From: Nibricoccus sp.
GTDB lineage: Bacteria > Verrucomicrobiota > Verrucomicrobiia > Opitutales > Opitutaceae
Assembly (NCBI GenBank): GCA_047602425.1
Contig: JASGHG010000001.1
Span: forward strand, 1,280,001-1,344,000
DNA length: 64,000 nucleotides
Direction of reading: 5' to 3'
The position numbers were made by a program, and so were the translations under genes. The notes under the pieces were generated by a model, which did no database searches, was not told the origin of the DNA, and saw only the letters and a list, made by a program, of their open reading frames with translations. Of the stretch, positions 10,134-19,899 are shown piece by piece (within the stretch, counting starts at the first letter, position 1; each line of letters starts with the position of its first letter).

Positions 10134-12308
10134 TTATCGTGGCGACGTCGCCTCGCAGTAAATGGGCAATTGGTTCGGCGAAGCCACAGATGGCGGCGGC
10201 ACTGGTGCGCCGACGGCCTTGATTACAAAATTGTCGTAATACGGCGTACTAAGTTTTTTGTTTTCCCGCGCGGCCGCCACCAAGCCGGCCATGCCACGGG
10301 TGTACAATTCGTCGGTCGTCTTCAAAACTTCTTTGCCGTCGACTAAGCCAGTCACCGTCATGCCTTCGAAACGCAACAGCAGGCTGTGCCACTCGCCGGG
10401 GCGGATGTTTTGCACCTGAGTCGTGGCGAGGACCTTTTCGCCGCCCTCGCTCTCATCGTTTGCCTTTTTGAGAAGCGCCTGCTGCTCGGCGTCGCCCACC
10501 GGTTTCTTTTTGTCCTTTTTGCCGCGCACAACGACGAGGTCACATTTCCCATCATCGCGCAGTTGCATGAAGTAGCCCTTGGGAATGGTTCCGTAGCCGG
10601 TGCCGACGTGATTCACCCGGCCCATCACACCAGCAGTGTCTCCGGAATTTAGCCACACATCGACGCTGACTTCGTAGTCCCGCCAATGCTCGTCGCCCAA
10701 GATCGTGTATGGCTGCCACGACGGCGCCCAGGAAATCGGCCACGCCGGAATTACTTGGCGCAGCGCCCTGCCCTTTCCATCCGGACGAGCCGCGAGTTCA
10801 AACACTTCCTCGATGTCCGCGAAATACCGTGGCAGATGCCCCCATTGCTCCGGCTTTGCATAGCTCTCAAAGTTCTCCGCATACGGAAAAGGAAACGCAT
10901 GCGGAGCCAGAATCGCTTCGAACGAACCTTTTTGCTGCCCTGTCGTCGTGGAGAGGGAATAAATCGAATCAGGGTCAACCTTGAGCATGAATACGCCGTC
11001 CACTGGTTCGACCGACGTTTGCTGTACGAACTGCTCCTGTGCATTGCTGCGCCAGACACAAAGTTTCCCCGAAGAGAGCCCACCACTCACCAAAAATCGG
11101 ATTTCTTGTGGCACACGCGCCTCTTTCGTTTCGATGATAATACTGTAATCGTTCGTGGGAGATTTCAATGTGACGAACGTGCCACCATCGGCAAGCTCTC
11201 CGCAGCCACCATTGAGATATTCCCAGCCCACTTCCGTGAACTGCCCATAGTGCGCATAGCCCCAAAGCGCTTCTCTTACCTGGTAGTGTCCGCTCCAGGG
11301 GGAATGCGCCAGCACCGTCGCAGGATCTGCGGCGTAGGGCTCCATCGGATACACGCCAGCGATGTCGTACCAGTTCACGATTTTGGTCGCGCCGCTGTGG
11401 ATGAAATTGTCGTTGAAGCATTCGACCAGGCTGATCGTGCAATCGAAGCCTTTTTTATAGACATGATCCTCAGTGTTCCAGATCGGCTTGCCCATCTGCG
11501 CCGCCATTGCCTGCACCTCCTTCGAAGCATGCGCATTGGCTTTTCCATACATCACGTGCGCACCGATGATGTCGATTGAGGCACGCAGCTTTTCGTCGGA
11601 AAACATCTGCGCGACAAAATCGAATTTATTATCAGGCCAGTTGTCGAAAGCGTGCAGCTTCACTTTGCCAAAACCGTTCGCATCGAGCGCAGCTCGGAGT
11701 TTCTGCGCGAACTCGAAGCTCACACCCTTTTCGTTTCGGCAACCAAGCGCTTCAAATTCCAGCCCATAAGCGTTGCGCAACCCTTGCAGCCATTTCACGT
11801 AATAATCTGCAGCATCCTGCGTCCAAAATTTCCCGCCACCGATCCAGCCCGGCGCGCTCCATGCCGTGCCATCAAGCGTGAGGTTTGGGTTGCGCTTTTT
11901 CGCCTCGCGCAAAATCCACCATATGTAACCGCGCGTGTACTTCAAATCGTCGCGCGTGCGCATATGGCTCGGCATCGAGCCCTGCGTTGAGTTTCCATCG
12001 CCGGGGATTTCGACGAGCAATGCGCTGATGGACGCGCCGAACTTTGGCTTATAGACTAAATCGAGAATCTGGCTCCGCTGCGGCTCAGGATAATCCTTGA
12101 GCAATACCGCCGTCGCGCCTCCGCCGTTGACGAGGCCGATGCCGTCGAACCTCTTGCCACCGGCATCGCCTTTGAGCTGGACGACTTGAACTGCCGCGCC
12201 AGTCGCGGCTTGATCCCCCGCGGCAACACGCGTCGTCAAAGCGACCATGCAGAGAGTCCACAAAGCAACAGAGAACACCGCAGGGTAAATAAGAAAGCGA
12301 CAATTCAT
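10134..12308 (-). CDS. GH59 galactocerebrosidase-like glycoside hydrolase
   Basis: Motifs FDGIG..GGGA, LLKDYPEPQRSQILD, VEIPGDGNSTQGSMPSH, WSAPGW, RNE and IWNTED; start set at ATG 12308. Confidence 0.88.
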   Translation of the reverse strand: MNCRFLIYPAVFSVALWTLCMVALTTRVAAGDQAATGAAVQVVQLKGDAGGKRFDGIGLVNGGGATAVLLKDYPEPQRSQILDLVYKPKFGASISALLVEIPGDGNSTQGSMPSHMRTRDDLKYTRGYIWWILREAKKRNPNLTLDGTAWSAPGWIGGGKFWTQDAADYYVKWLQGLRNAYGLEFEALGCRNEKGVSFEFAQKLRAALDANGFGKVKLHAFDNWPDNKFDFVAQMFSDEKLRASIDIIGAHVMYGKANAHASKEVQAMAAQMGKPIWNTEDHVYKKGFDCTISLVECFNDNFIHSGATKIVNWYDIAGVYPMEPYAADPATVLAHSPWSGHYQVREALWGYAHYGQFTEVGWEYLNGGCGELADGGTFVTLKSPTNDYSIIIETKEARVPQEIRFLVSGGLSSGKLCVWRSNAQEQFVQQTSVEPVDGVFMLKVDPDSIYSLSTTTGQQKGSFEAILAPHAFPFPYAENFESYAKPEQWGHLPRYFADIEEVFELAARPDGKGRALRQVIPAWPISWAPSWQPYTILGDEHWRDYEVSVDVWLNSGDTAGVMGRVNHVGTGYGTIPKGYFMQLRDDGKCDLVVVRGKKDKKKPVGDAEQQALLKKANDESEGGEKVLATTQVQNIRPGEWHSLLLRFEGMTVTGLVDGKEVLKTTDELYTRGMAGLVAAARENKKLSTPYYDNFVIKAVGAPVPPPSVASPNQLPIYCEATSPR

Positions 12309-12409
12309 GCCAAGGCAGTCAGGCAGTTTCAAACTCCCAGTTAAACCGCCTTTTTTGCCGTACCGTAAGGCAGCGCAAAACCACTGCACTAGAGGACCCA
12401 GCTCCCAAC

Positions 12410-13099
12410 TCAACCCGTCTTGCCCACACTCCGCTTCAGCCGCTTCTGCTTCGCGCGGAAACTCAGGCCAATCCGATTTGCGAGTTTGCGCACCCGTTCT
12501 TCCCAATGTGCACCGGCCAGATTTTTATTCTCCGAGAAACGTGGCTCCAAGGCTCGGGCGACCTCGCCCACGCTCTTCAGCTTCGAAATTTCCGGCCAGT
12601 ATAACCAGAGCAACAGGTAAATTCCCGTCGCGTCCGTCGTATTGCCCAATGCCTGGCGGTCCAGCAATTCAGGCAGCCGGTTGCCAATCGCCATGCCCTC
12701 CACGAAGGCGCGCCGCTCCTCCACATTTGGACCAAACAACCGGTTCATGATGTGTTTTTGAAATTCGTCCGTCAGCGGAATCTCGCCCGAACCCACCTGG
12801 ATCGCGATCGCCCGCGCCCTTCCATCCAGCCCAGCCCGTTCCGCTAGTTTTTCCGCCAGTGCGCCGCCGCTGATCCGGTGCGTCTGCACAAGATCCTGCA
12901 CCTTCGCCGCCCAGGCCACCGCAATGCCTTCCGTCAAAGCCGAACCATCAGACAAGAGAATCGTTGTATACTCCTTCGGCACAAATTGCGCTTGCAGGAT
13001 CCGCATCACGCGTTGCGTCCATCCCGGAAATTTTCGCAACAGTGTCGGATCGCGTCCCACCCGAAACGCCTCGGCAATCCGGTCGAGCAGTCGATCCAT
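12410..13099 (-). CDS. Hypothetical protein
   Basis: 229-aa ORF from ATG 13099 with protein-like composition and a basic C-terminus; no family recognised. Confidence 0.65.
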   Translation of the reverse strand: MDRLLDRIAEAFRVGRDPTLLRKFPGWTQRVMRILQAQFVPKEYTTILLSDGSALTEGIAVAWAAKVQDLVQTHRISGGALAEKLAERAGLDGRARAIAIQVGSGEIPLTDEFQKHIMNRLFGPNVEERRAFVEGMAIGNRLPELLDRQALGNTTDATGIYLLLWLYWPEISKLKSVGEVARALEPRFSENKNLAGAHWEERVRKLANRIGLSFRAKQKRLKRSVGKTG

Positions 13100-13244
13100 G
13101 GTGACCTCAGGCAGTGGTGTGAAAACTAATTTAGCCACGACTAGAAACGCTTCGCAGGCACCGGCCAAACACAATCCCGAAACATACCTCGCCCCCGGAC
13201 AGCCCCGCGCCCCGCCTGTCCGGGGCGAAACCCTGTCCGTTAGC

Positions 13245-13535
13245 ATGCCGCATCGATTCTGCGAAATTCGACACGTGCAAAAAACATTCCACAACTTGTC
13301 CCGCGTAAGTGCCTTAAATTCGCATGCGCTCCGTCCTCGCCATGATTTCGCCGGATTTCCGCTCCGGCTCAACTCGCTCGCCTTCCCCATTCTTCGTCAC
13401 GCGCGTTCCTATCTCGCCATTGGTCCTCTCGGTCGCTGCCGCGAGAGCCACCAACAAAGTCGTTACCATCGCGCGCAACAACCCGATGGCTCCGGCGATG
13501 TACAAGCCCGGGCGCCGCCTGCCGGCTTCTTTTAA
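13245..13535 (+). CDS. Possible small ORF ending in a RAPP motif
   Basis: Fills the intergenic gap and ends ...VQARAPPAGFF*; start is uncertain (ATG 13245 or GTG 13275). Confidence 0.35.
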   Translation: MPHRFCEIRHVQKTFHNLSRVSALNSHALRPRHDFAGFPLRLNSLAFPILRHARSYLAIGPLGRCRESHQQSRYHRAQQPDGSGDVQARAPPAGFF

Positions 13536-13610
13536 CTCATCATCCGAACCGGCGACGCGTTGGATTAACTCGGTCGACCCATCGCAACCCGCCAATCGGG
13601 CGGCGTCCCT

Positions 13611-14678
13611 TCACTTGTCGCAGACGAGGCGAATTACATCGTCAAAATGCATGGACTCGGCCGCCTTGTTGTTCTGCAAGGCCTTTCTCCATTCGTCGGG
13701 CACAACGGGCGCAGAATTTTTCCTGCCCTCCGCCGGTTTTCCGCCTGCAATGCGCGCGTCGATCGCGAAAGCCAAAGGCCCGCTCTTTAGACGGGGAAGC
13801 GTCAGCTTCTGTAACTGTTGCTCCAGATCCTTCAGACCAGGCACCGCCTTGCCGTTCGCATCGACAACCCACACGTGGGAATGCCCGGAGTGCACCACGA
13901 GAATTATATAGAACTGCTTTGGATCTTTATCCTCGGCAAAAATCGAACCGCATTTGATCTTCACGCGATCGATATAGGCAACGATCTCGTCGGTCGAAAC
14001 GCGCTGGGCAAACTCATCCTGACTCATGTAACCGAGGTTGATGCTGCCGATGCCAAAACCCTTTGCCTCTTTGGACCCCGGCGTTTCGGCAGGAGCGGAA
14101 TCCTGGTCGGTTTTGCCTTTGAGCTTATCCACGTCGACCAATTTGAACCGTTGCATGACCTCAAAGACTTTATCCGCCTCGGGCCAGTTGCTTTCCGGCG
14201 CTCCCGAAACCGAGGCGACCATCATGTCCATATCGTCATTCCAAAAGAACGAATAAATGACATGGTATTCGTCGTCCGGATTTTTCGCGTTCGCCTGCAA
14301 TACTTCGATGCCAATCCTTCTAAAATATCCAAACTCCAATTCGGGCCAGGTTCGGATCACCTTCTTCGCATTCTTTTCAAAAAGATTCAGATTCTTTTGC
14401 GCGGCCTCTTTTGCAGAGACTCCAGTTTTCTTTTTAATGCCGACAATGCCTTGGATCTTGAAGCCGGTATCATAGCTGCCGCCCGCGTTCTTTTCCTTCG
14501 AGGCAATGAAAAGAAAGCCGGTCTGCGTCATGCCACCGTGGAAATGCCACGATTCCGGCATCAACAGTTCGCCACCCAAAGGTTCCAATGCCTGCGTCTT
14601 GAAACCCTTCGGCATTTCAACCATGCCGATTGCAAAACACGAAGACAGCACAAGCAGGGCGAAGATTTTTATTTTCAT
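13611..14678 (-). CDS. Hypothetical secreted two-domain protein
   Basis: Signal peptide MKIKIFALLVLSSCFA; two globular regions joined by a Pro/Ser/Lys linker. Confidence 0.75.
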   Translation of the reverse strand: MKIKIFALLVLSSCFAIGMVEMPKGFKTQALEPLGGELLMPESWHFHGGMTQTGFLFIASKEKNAGGSYDTGFKIQGIVGIKKKTGVSAKEAAQKNLNLFEKNAKKVIRTWPELEFGYFRRIGIEVLQANAKNPDDEYHVIYSFFWNDDMDMMVASVSGAPESNWPEADKVFEVMQRFKLVDVDKLKGKTDQDSAPAETPGSKEAKGFGIGSINLGYMSQDEFAQRVSTDEIVAYIDRVKIKCGSIFAEDKDPKQFYIILVVHSGHSHVWVVDANGKAVPGLKDLEQQLQKLTLPRLKSGPLAFAIDARIAGGKPAEGRKNSAPVVPDEWRKALQNNKAAESMHFDDVIRLVCDK

Positions 14679-14910
14679 GTTCTTTAGGGGTGGCAAAGGG
14701 GTTTGCCGACGATGAGCTTTGGGCTGTCTGCAAGTACAAATTGGCCGAAGCGCATGAGCAACGCTTAAATAGCCAAACCAACCGGCAGAGGCTTAAAAAA
14801 TTCCCTGCTGCCAGTAAGTGTGGTTGGAGAAATTGGCAGGATCTGTAACGTTCGTCGCACTACTTTGGTTGGCCGACGTGGTTTTGCTCCGATTTATCGA
14901 TGGCACTGCC

Positions 14911-15333
14911 ATGGCCGTTCGCATCACAGATCTGGAATTCCCTCATGTACTGGCGCTGCTGCGCGCGATGTTGCGTGAAGCAGGTTTGGGCGCATGGGAG
15001 ATCGAACCCTGGCTCTCAAAAAGTGCGGCTCGTATTGCCCGGGACTACCGGGAAAACAGCGGAGCCTATTTCGTGACCTATATTGATGGACAACCTGTCG
15101 GCGTCGCCGGTGCACAGTTGCGCGAAGCTCAAGCGTTTCTTTCGTTTAAAACCACCCGCTATGGCCAGATCGTCGACGAATACGTATTGGCCAATCATCG
15201 AGGAAATGGCTTGGAGCAGAAACTTCGAACCGCCGCACTCGGATGGATCGCCCAAATGGGCATGCCTGTGCTTGAGTCCACTCCTCCCAACCTCGCCCGC
15301 CTCGCCGTGCATAGCCATGGTGGAAAGTTGTAG
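14911..15333 (+). CDS. GNAT-fold acetyltransferase-like protein
   Basis: Motif A-like YVLANHRGNGLEQKL and YFVTYIDGQPVGVAG. Confidence 0.65.
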   Translation: MAVRITDLEFPHVLALLRAMLREAGLGAWEIEPWLSKSAARIARDYRENSGAYFVTYIDGQPVGVAGAQLREAQAFLSFKTTRYGQIVDEYVLANHRGNGLEQKLRTAALGWIAQMGMPVLESTPPNLARLAVHSHGGKL

Positions 15334-15491
15334 CTAGCGATCAACGCTCGAAGCTCGACCGAAGCGGACTTGATCGACGTGGAAGGCGAGCCTCACCGTA
15401 ATCGCTTCGCCGTCGCCCGCTAATTTTAGACGAACAGCCTCTGGACAAAACGCGTTGGCGCCAAAGGAGGATGTGAGTACAGTCTATTCCG

Positions 15492-16343
15492 ATGATCGAA
15501 CCCGAACCATCTGCTCCTTTGGTGAACGATTCTTTCCCCGACGGAAGCGTGGACGCTGGCATTTACGCGACGTATGCAGAAGGTTTTGAGCATAGCCTTG
15601 TCGTGCTGGCGATGGGCGAAACCTGCTGGCTTGTTTCGACCGACAATGGACATCACTTGCGGGTCGAACCATCCGCACTCGACAACGTGCGTCGCCAGCT
15701 CACACATTTCGACCGAGAACAGGCCGGATGGCCGCCGCGTCCATTCGCGGATGACGCACTTCGTACCCGGCGCATGCCGTTCTCTCCATTGTTGTGGGTA
15801 TTGGGGATATTCGTTGGTTACTGGGCTCAAAGCGAACGTCCGGGTTTGACCGACGCCGCGCTGCTCGATGCGCGGCGCGTTTTCGATCAAGGCGAATGGT
15901 GGCGCGTGTGGACCGCCCTTTGGTTGCACGCCGACCTGGGTCACCTTGTTTCAAATGCAGCCAATGGATTTATGATATTTTCCGTCGTGATAGCGACCTT
16001 CGGATTTTATGCCGGTTGGAGTTTGATCGGTGCCTCTGCGATAACCGGCAACGTCGCCGCTGTCGCGCTGCACGCGGGCGACGATTATCGCTCCCTCGGC
16101 GCCTCCACTGCGGTTTTTGCTGCGCTGGGCCTGCTGGTCGGACGCGCGATTCGGCTGGCAATCCGCGTCGGCCGTCTCCATCGCCTGCGCACTCTGCTAA
16201 CACCGCTTTTCGCCGGCCTCGTTATTTTAGGACTGTATGGCGCGGGCGGGGTGCAAGTCGATGTCCTCGCGCATGCCCTCGGATTTGCCGCTGGTATATT
16301 GTTTGGCTTTTGCGCGGTCCGGACAAACGTGAAAACTCCGTAG
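15492..16343 (+). CDS. Rhomboid-family intramembrane serine protease
   Basis: Motifs GEWWRVWTALWLH, HLVSN, catalytic GAS (SLGAST) and His (LAHALGF). Confidence 0.93.
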   Translation: MIEPEPSAPLVNDSFPDGSVDAGIYATYAEGFEHSLVVLAMGETCWLVSTDNGHHLRVEPSALDNVRRQLTHFDREQAGWPPRPFADDALRTRRMPFSPLLWVLGIFVGYWAQSERPGLTDAALLDARRVFDQGEWWRVWTALWLHADLGHLVSNAANGFMIFSVVIATFGFYAGWSLIGASAITGNVAAVALHAGDDYRSLGASTAVFAALGLLVGRAIRLAIRVGRLHRLRTLLTPLFAGLVILGLYGAGGVQVDVLAHALGFAAGILFGFCAVRTNVKTP

Positions 16344-16422
16344 TGTCTTGCTGAGCCAACAGGCAGCGCAGTCCACGAATCCGGAACAAACGGGGGACTG
16401 CGCTCCTGATGTGAAATTTGGC

Positions 16423-17118
16423 TCAGAACTTAAAACGCAAGCCTGCGCCGTAAGACCACATATGGACGTCGACAGAATAGTTTTTTCTCGGCTCCGCGTA
16501 GGCCACACCGGCAAAAATCCCGACTTTGCGGGTGATCCAGGAGCTGGCTTCAAGCCCATAGGTCCAAGCCTGGCTGTCTTGACCCTCGAAGTCGCCTCCG
16601 AAACCAATCGACGGAGTCAACGCAATCCAGCGGAAAGGGATTTCGATGCCGACACTGGTGCTCCACGAGCCGGAGTCGTCCTTAAATTTTCCATTAGAAG
16701 TCCACATCGAACGGCTTTCGATCTTCGTCGTCGTCCAAGAGTACCCCAATCCAGCCGATATAAATGGCTTAAGCCCGTTGGAGAGCGCCTTATAAAACAC
16801 AAGGTCGGCGCTCAAACCATGACCTTCGGACTTGTATGCATAAAATCCGGGGAACTCAGTTTTGTAGCGGCTGTACCCATAACCGCCGGAAATATCCAGA
16901 TAGCGGGTAACCGGAATATTAACGCCCAAGGAAGTGCCATAGATGTTGTCGGATGTGTGCGACGGATCGCCGATCGCAAAATCCAAAGAGCCGTAACGCT
17001 TGCCCAGGTTGCCTTGGCTTGTTTCAGAGGTCGCCGTGGTTTGGGCGCGAGCGAGAATTGAACAAAGCATGGAAGCTGTGAGCACACCGATGCTGATGAT
17101 AGTCTGGAGTTTTTTCAT
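16423..17118 (-). CDS. Outer-membrane beta-barrel protein
   Basis: Signal peptide, amphipathic strands, KPFISAGLGYS and C-terminal YGAGLRFKF. Confidence 0.88.
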   Translation of the reverse strand: MKKLQTIISIGVLTASMLCSILARAQTTATSETSQGNLGKRYGSLDFAIGDPSHTSDNIYGTSLGVNIPVTRYLDISGGYGYSRYKTEFPGFYAYKSEGHGLSADLVFYKALSNGLKPFISAGLGYSWTTTKIESRSMWTSNGKFKDDSGSWSTSVGIEIPFRWIALTPSIGFGGDFEGQDSQAWTYGLEASSWITRKVGIFAGVAYAEPRKNYSVDVHMWSYGAGLRFKF

Positions 17119-17317
17119 ATGTAGTAGGTTTCCCCGGCCTTTTTCCCGGTTTCACCTTACGAAACGCGTCCTTCCATGGATGTTCCAAAGGTACAAAAAA
17201 AATCCTGATTAAAGAGCGGAACAAAACCACTTTCTTGCGACAGACGTCGCACGAAGTAGCCACGTCATACCTCGTGCGACTTGCGATTGGACGAAAAATG
17301 GATGCGTTACAGGCATC

Positions 17318-17926
17318 ATGAAACGGCGAAATTTTATTGGCCTTTCGCTCGGAGCCGTCCCCGTCGTCATGCTTGGGCAAGACAGCATTTCCACCACCCC
17401 GCCGGCATCGGGTACGCGCACTCCCGTACACGTGCCGACCGACGTCGATCGTTTCAAGGAGCCCCGTGTCATCGCCGACCGCAGCGTGATCGATCGCAAA
17501 GTGGCCTCGATCGATACCGCAGGTCAGCTCTTGGTTATAGAAAACCACGCCCAAGGACCTTTCGGCCCGCCACGTCACGTGCACCACGACCAAGACGAAT
17601 GGTTTCACGTGATCTCGGGCGTCGTCGTGCTCGAAGTCGGCGAGCAAAAATATCGTCTGATGCCCGGCGACTCGGTGCTGGCACCGCGTGGCATTCCCCA
17701 TGTGTGGGCTCAAGTCGCACCCGAAGGCGGACGGCTGCTGATCGCGTTTCAACCCGCCGGAAATATGGAAGCGTTCTTTGCCGAACTAGGAAAATTCGGC
17801 AATTTTCCGCCACCGCCTCAGGCCCGTGAACTTTTCGAACGACACGGCATGTCGATTGTCGGCCCGCCGCTTAGCATTATAAACGGGCCCAAGCCGTCCC
17901 CGAACGGAACCAGCGAAAACAAATAG
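17318..17926 (+). CDS. Tat-exported cupin (quercetinase-like)
   Basis: MKRRNFIG twin-arginine signal; motifs GPPRHVHHDQDEWF and APRGIPH. Confidence 0.85.
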   Translation: MKRRNFIGLSLGAVPVVMLGQDSISTTPPASGTRTPVHVPTDVDRFKEPRVIADRSVIDRKVASIDTAGQLLVIENHAQGPFGPPRHVHHDQDEWFHVISGVVVLEVGEQKYRLMPGDSVLAPRGIPHVWAQVAPEGGRLLIAFQPAGNMEAFFAELGKFGNFPPPPQARELFERHGMSIVGPPLSIINGPKPSPNGTSENK

Positions 17927-18005
17927 GTCCGGGAGATGTCTGTTTTACGGGGATTGGATCGTTGAATAGGGAGAGGCGCAATGCCTCGTTCTCCATCGAT
18001 CCACT

Positions 18006-18407
18006 ATGAACAAAAATAAACTCAAGAGTATCGGCGCCGTCGCTGCGGGCCTGTTTTCTATCATTATTGTCAGCACCCTCGTGGACGTAGCGCTGCACGC
18101 AGCCAAAGTTTATCCACCGGTCGGCGAGCCAATGACCGACGCACTCTCTTTTCTCGCGAGTAGTTACCGCCTCGTCATTGGTATCGCCGGCGCCTGGCTC
18201 ACGGCCCGACTCGCGCCTGACCGCCCAATGCGGCATGCGATTATTCTCGGCAGCATCGGAATCGTGCTCGGACTTGTGGGCGTGGTGGCCACTTGGAATC
18301 TGGGACTCGGACCGCGCTGGTATCCGATCTCGCTCGTGCTAGTGGCGCTGCCGCAATGTTGGTTCGGCGGCTGGCTGCACACCCGATCCAGGCAAACCGC
18401 GGCTTGA
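18006..18407 (+). CDS. Hypothetical 4-TM membrane protein
   Basis: Four hydrophobic segments; motifs TARLAPDRPMRHA and GPRWYP. Confidence 0.8.
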   Translation: MNKNKLKSIGAVAAGLFSIIIVSTLVDVALHAAKVYPPVGEPMTDALSFLASSYRLVIGIAGAWLTARLAPDRPMRHAIILGSIGIVLGLVGVVATWNLGLGPRWYPISLVLVALPQCWFGGWLHTRSRQTAA

Positions 18408-18493
18408 AATAGCGGTCGGAGAAATCGCAGCTGTCCGTCCGCACAATCGACGGCATGGTTGTGAGGTGGAAAGATTAGCCTTGGGATAAGGCC

Positions 18494-18841
18494 ATGACTT
18501 CCCCCGCTCATCATCCCGCCTTGATGCCGCGCAAAAAGTTTTTGTCGCGGGTAAGACTGCATAGCGCCGTCGCCGGAATCGCGCTATTCGTCAACCTGGG
18601 CGTGGGCATGCTGGGCTATCATCTCTTTGAAAACCTCGGCTGGGTGGACGCGTTTGCAAACGCAGCCTTGATCCTCTCGGGCATGGGACCGCTGGCACCG
18701 ATCCATTCGCAATCAGGAAAAATCTTCATCGGAATCTACGCGATTTTCAGCGGCGTGGTTTTCCTAACGACGGTCGGCTTCTTTCTCACACCGATTGTTC
18801 ACCGGATCCTTCACCGGCTGCATCTCGAATCTACCGGTTGA
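18494..18841 (+). CDS. Small 2-TM membrane protein with a pore-loop-like segment
   Basis: TM, then E.LGWVDAF.NAALILSGMGP, then S.SGKIF and a second TM, a K+-channel-like layout. Confidence 0.7.
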   Translation: MTSPAHHPALMPRKKFLSRVRLHSAVAGIALFVNLGVGMLGYHLFENLGWVDAFANAALILSGMGPLAPIHSQSGKIFIGIYAIFSGVVFLTTVGFFLTPIVHRILHRLHLESTG

Positions 18842-18936
18842 TTGCTTTCGACCGTCCTCACGCGCCGGGACGTCGCGTGCCACCTTAAGGCGGTATTCGC
18901 GTACGACGATGCCGGTATGAGATGGTTTTGTTTACC

Positions 18937-19683
18937 CTAGGCAAACGTCGGTTGCTTGGGCCAGCCCGCCGGTGAATCCTCCCACTCTTCCTGTCGACCG
19001 TAGGGCGTGAGGTCGAGAAACGCATCCGGCGCATGAAGCGAATCAAGACCGCGAGCATACGCTGAATAGGTGTGGTACACATCGGTCCCGTCGCGGAAGA
19101 AAACCGAATTGGCCGGCCAATCTTCTTTTAGCGAGTCCGCGTCGAAGCCGGAGGCAAGTAGTTCGGCTTTATTTCGGTAGTTGTATTCGAGCGGCGCCTT
19201 CGCTTCGTCGAGTGTGGTGTGGAAGTCGTAGTTGAAATCGGTGCCGTGCGAGGAATACCAAGGAAACGTCCATCCGTGCTCCGCTTTGTACGCGGCAACC
19301 TTATCGAATGGCGCGCGGGAAACGGCGACGAAGGTGACCTCGCGCCCGGCGAGAACATCGCGGAGGCGCGGGTTGTTAAACGTGTGGTGCGCCGCCCCGG
19401 TGCAGCCCTTGCAGAAGGCCTGACGATCCTCAAACCACATGAAGTGGTGCACATACAACTGTCGTCTACCGGCAAAAAGTCCCAGCAGATCGAGCGTGCC
19501 ATCGGGGCCGACGAAGGTGTAGGGCTTTTCGATTTTCACCATGGGCAGCCGGCGGCGGGCCGCATTTACGGCATCGCGGAGTCGAGTGACTTCTTTTTCC
19601 TGGGCGAGTAACGCCTTGCGCGCAGCAAGCCAGACTTCGCGGGAAACAACCGGAGGCATTCCAATTTGAGCAGAGATTTTCAT
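18937..19683 (-). CDS. DUF899 thioredoxin-like protein
   Basis: Motifs W..AR..LL..EK, RRRLPMV, CKGC, WYSS.GTDFNYDF and LDLTPYGRQE. Confidence 0.92.
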   Translation of the reverse strand: MKISAQIGMPPVVSREVWLAARKALLAQEKEVTRLRDAVNAARRRLPMVKIEKPYTFVGPDGTLDLLGLFAGRRQLYVHHFMWFEDRQAFCKGCTGAAHHTFNNPRLRDVLAGREVTFVAVSRAPFDKVAAYKAEHGWTFPWYSSHGTDFNYDFHTTLDEAKAPLEYNYRNKAELLASGFDADSLKEDWPANSVFFRDGTDVYHTYSAYARGLDSLHAPDAFLDLTPYGRQEEWEDSPAGWPKQPTFA

Positions 19684-19762
19684 GATCGATTTCGTGCAGC
19701 GAGCGCGTGAATGCCCTCGCTTTCAAACTACGACGAACGAATCGGGACTATTCGGACATTTT

Positions 19763-19851
19763 GTCATGCTGAGCGTATCGAAACACCCCTTCGACGTCAC
19801 GCGGAGCAGTGGGCATTGCCCAATTGGACCCTTCGCTACGCTCAGGATGAC
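19763..19851. repeat. REP-like inverted-repeat element
   Basis: GTCATGCTGAGCGTATCGAA ... TTCGCTACGCTCAGGATGAC, with 18/20 complementary positions. Confidence 0.8.
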
Positions 19852-19899
19852 CATCACCTTCGAATTTGACGACGACTGTCGCCGTGACAGGCTTGGCCC

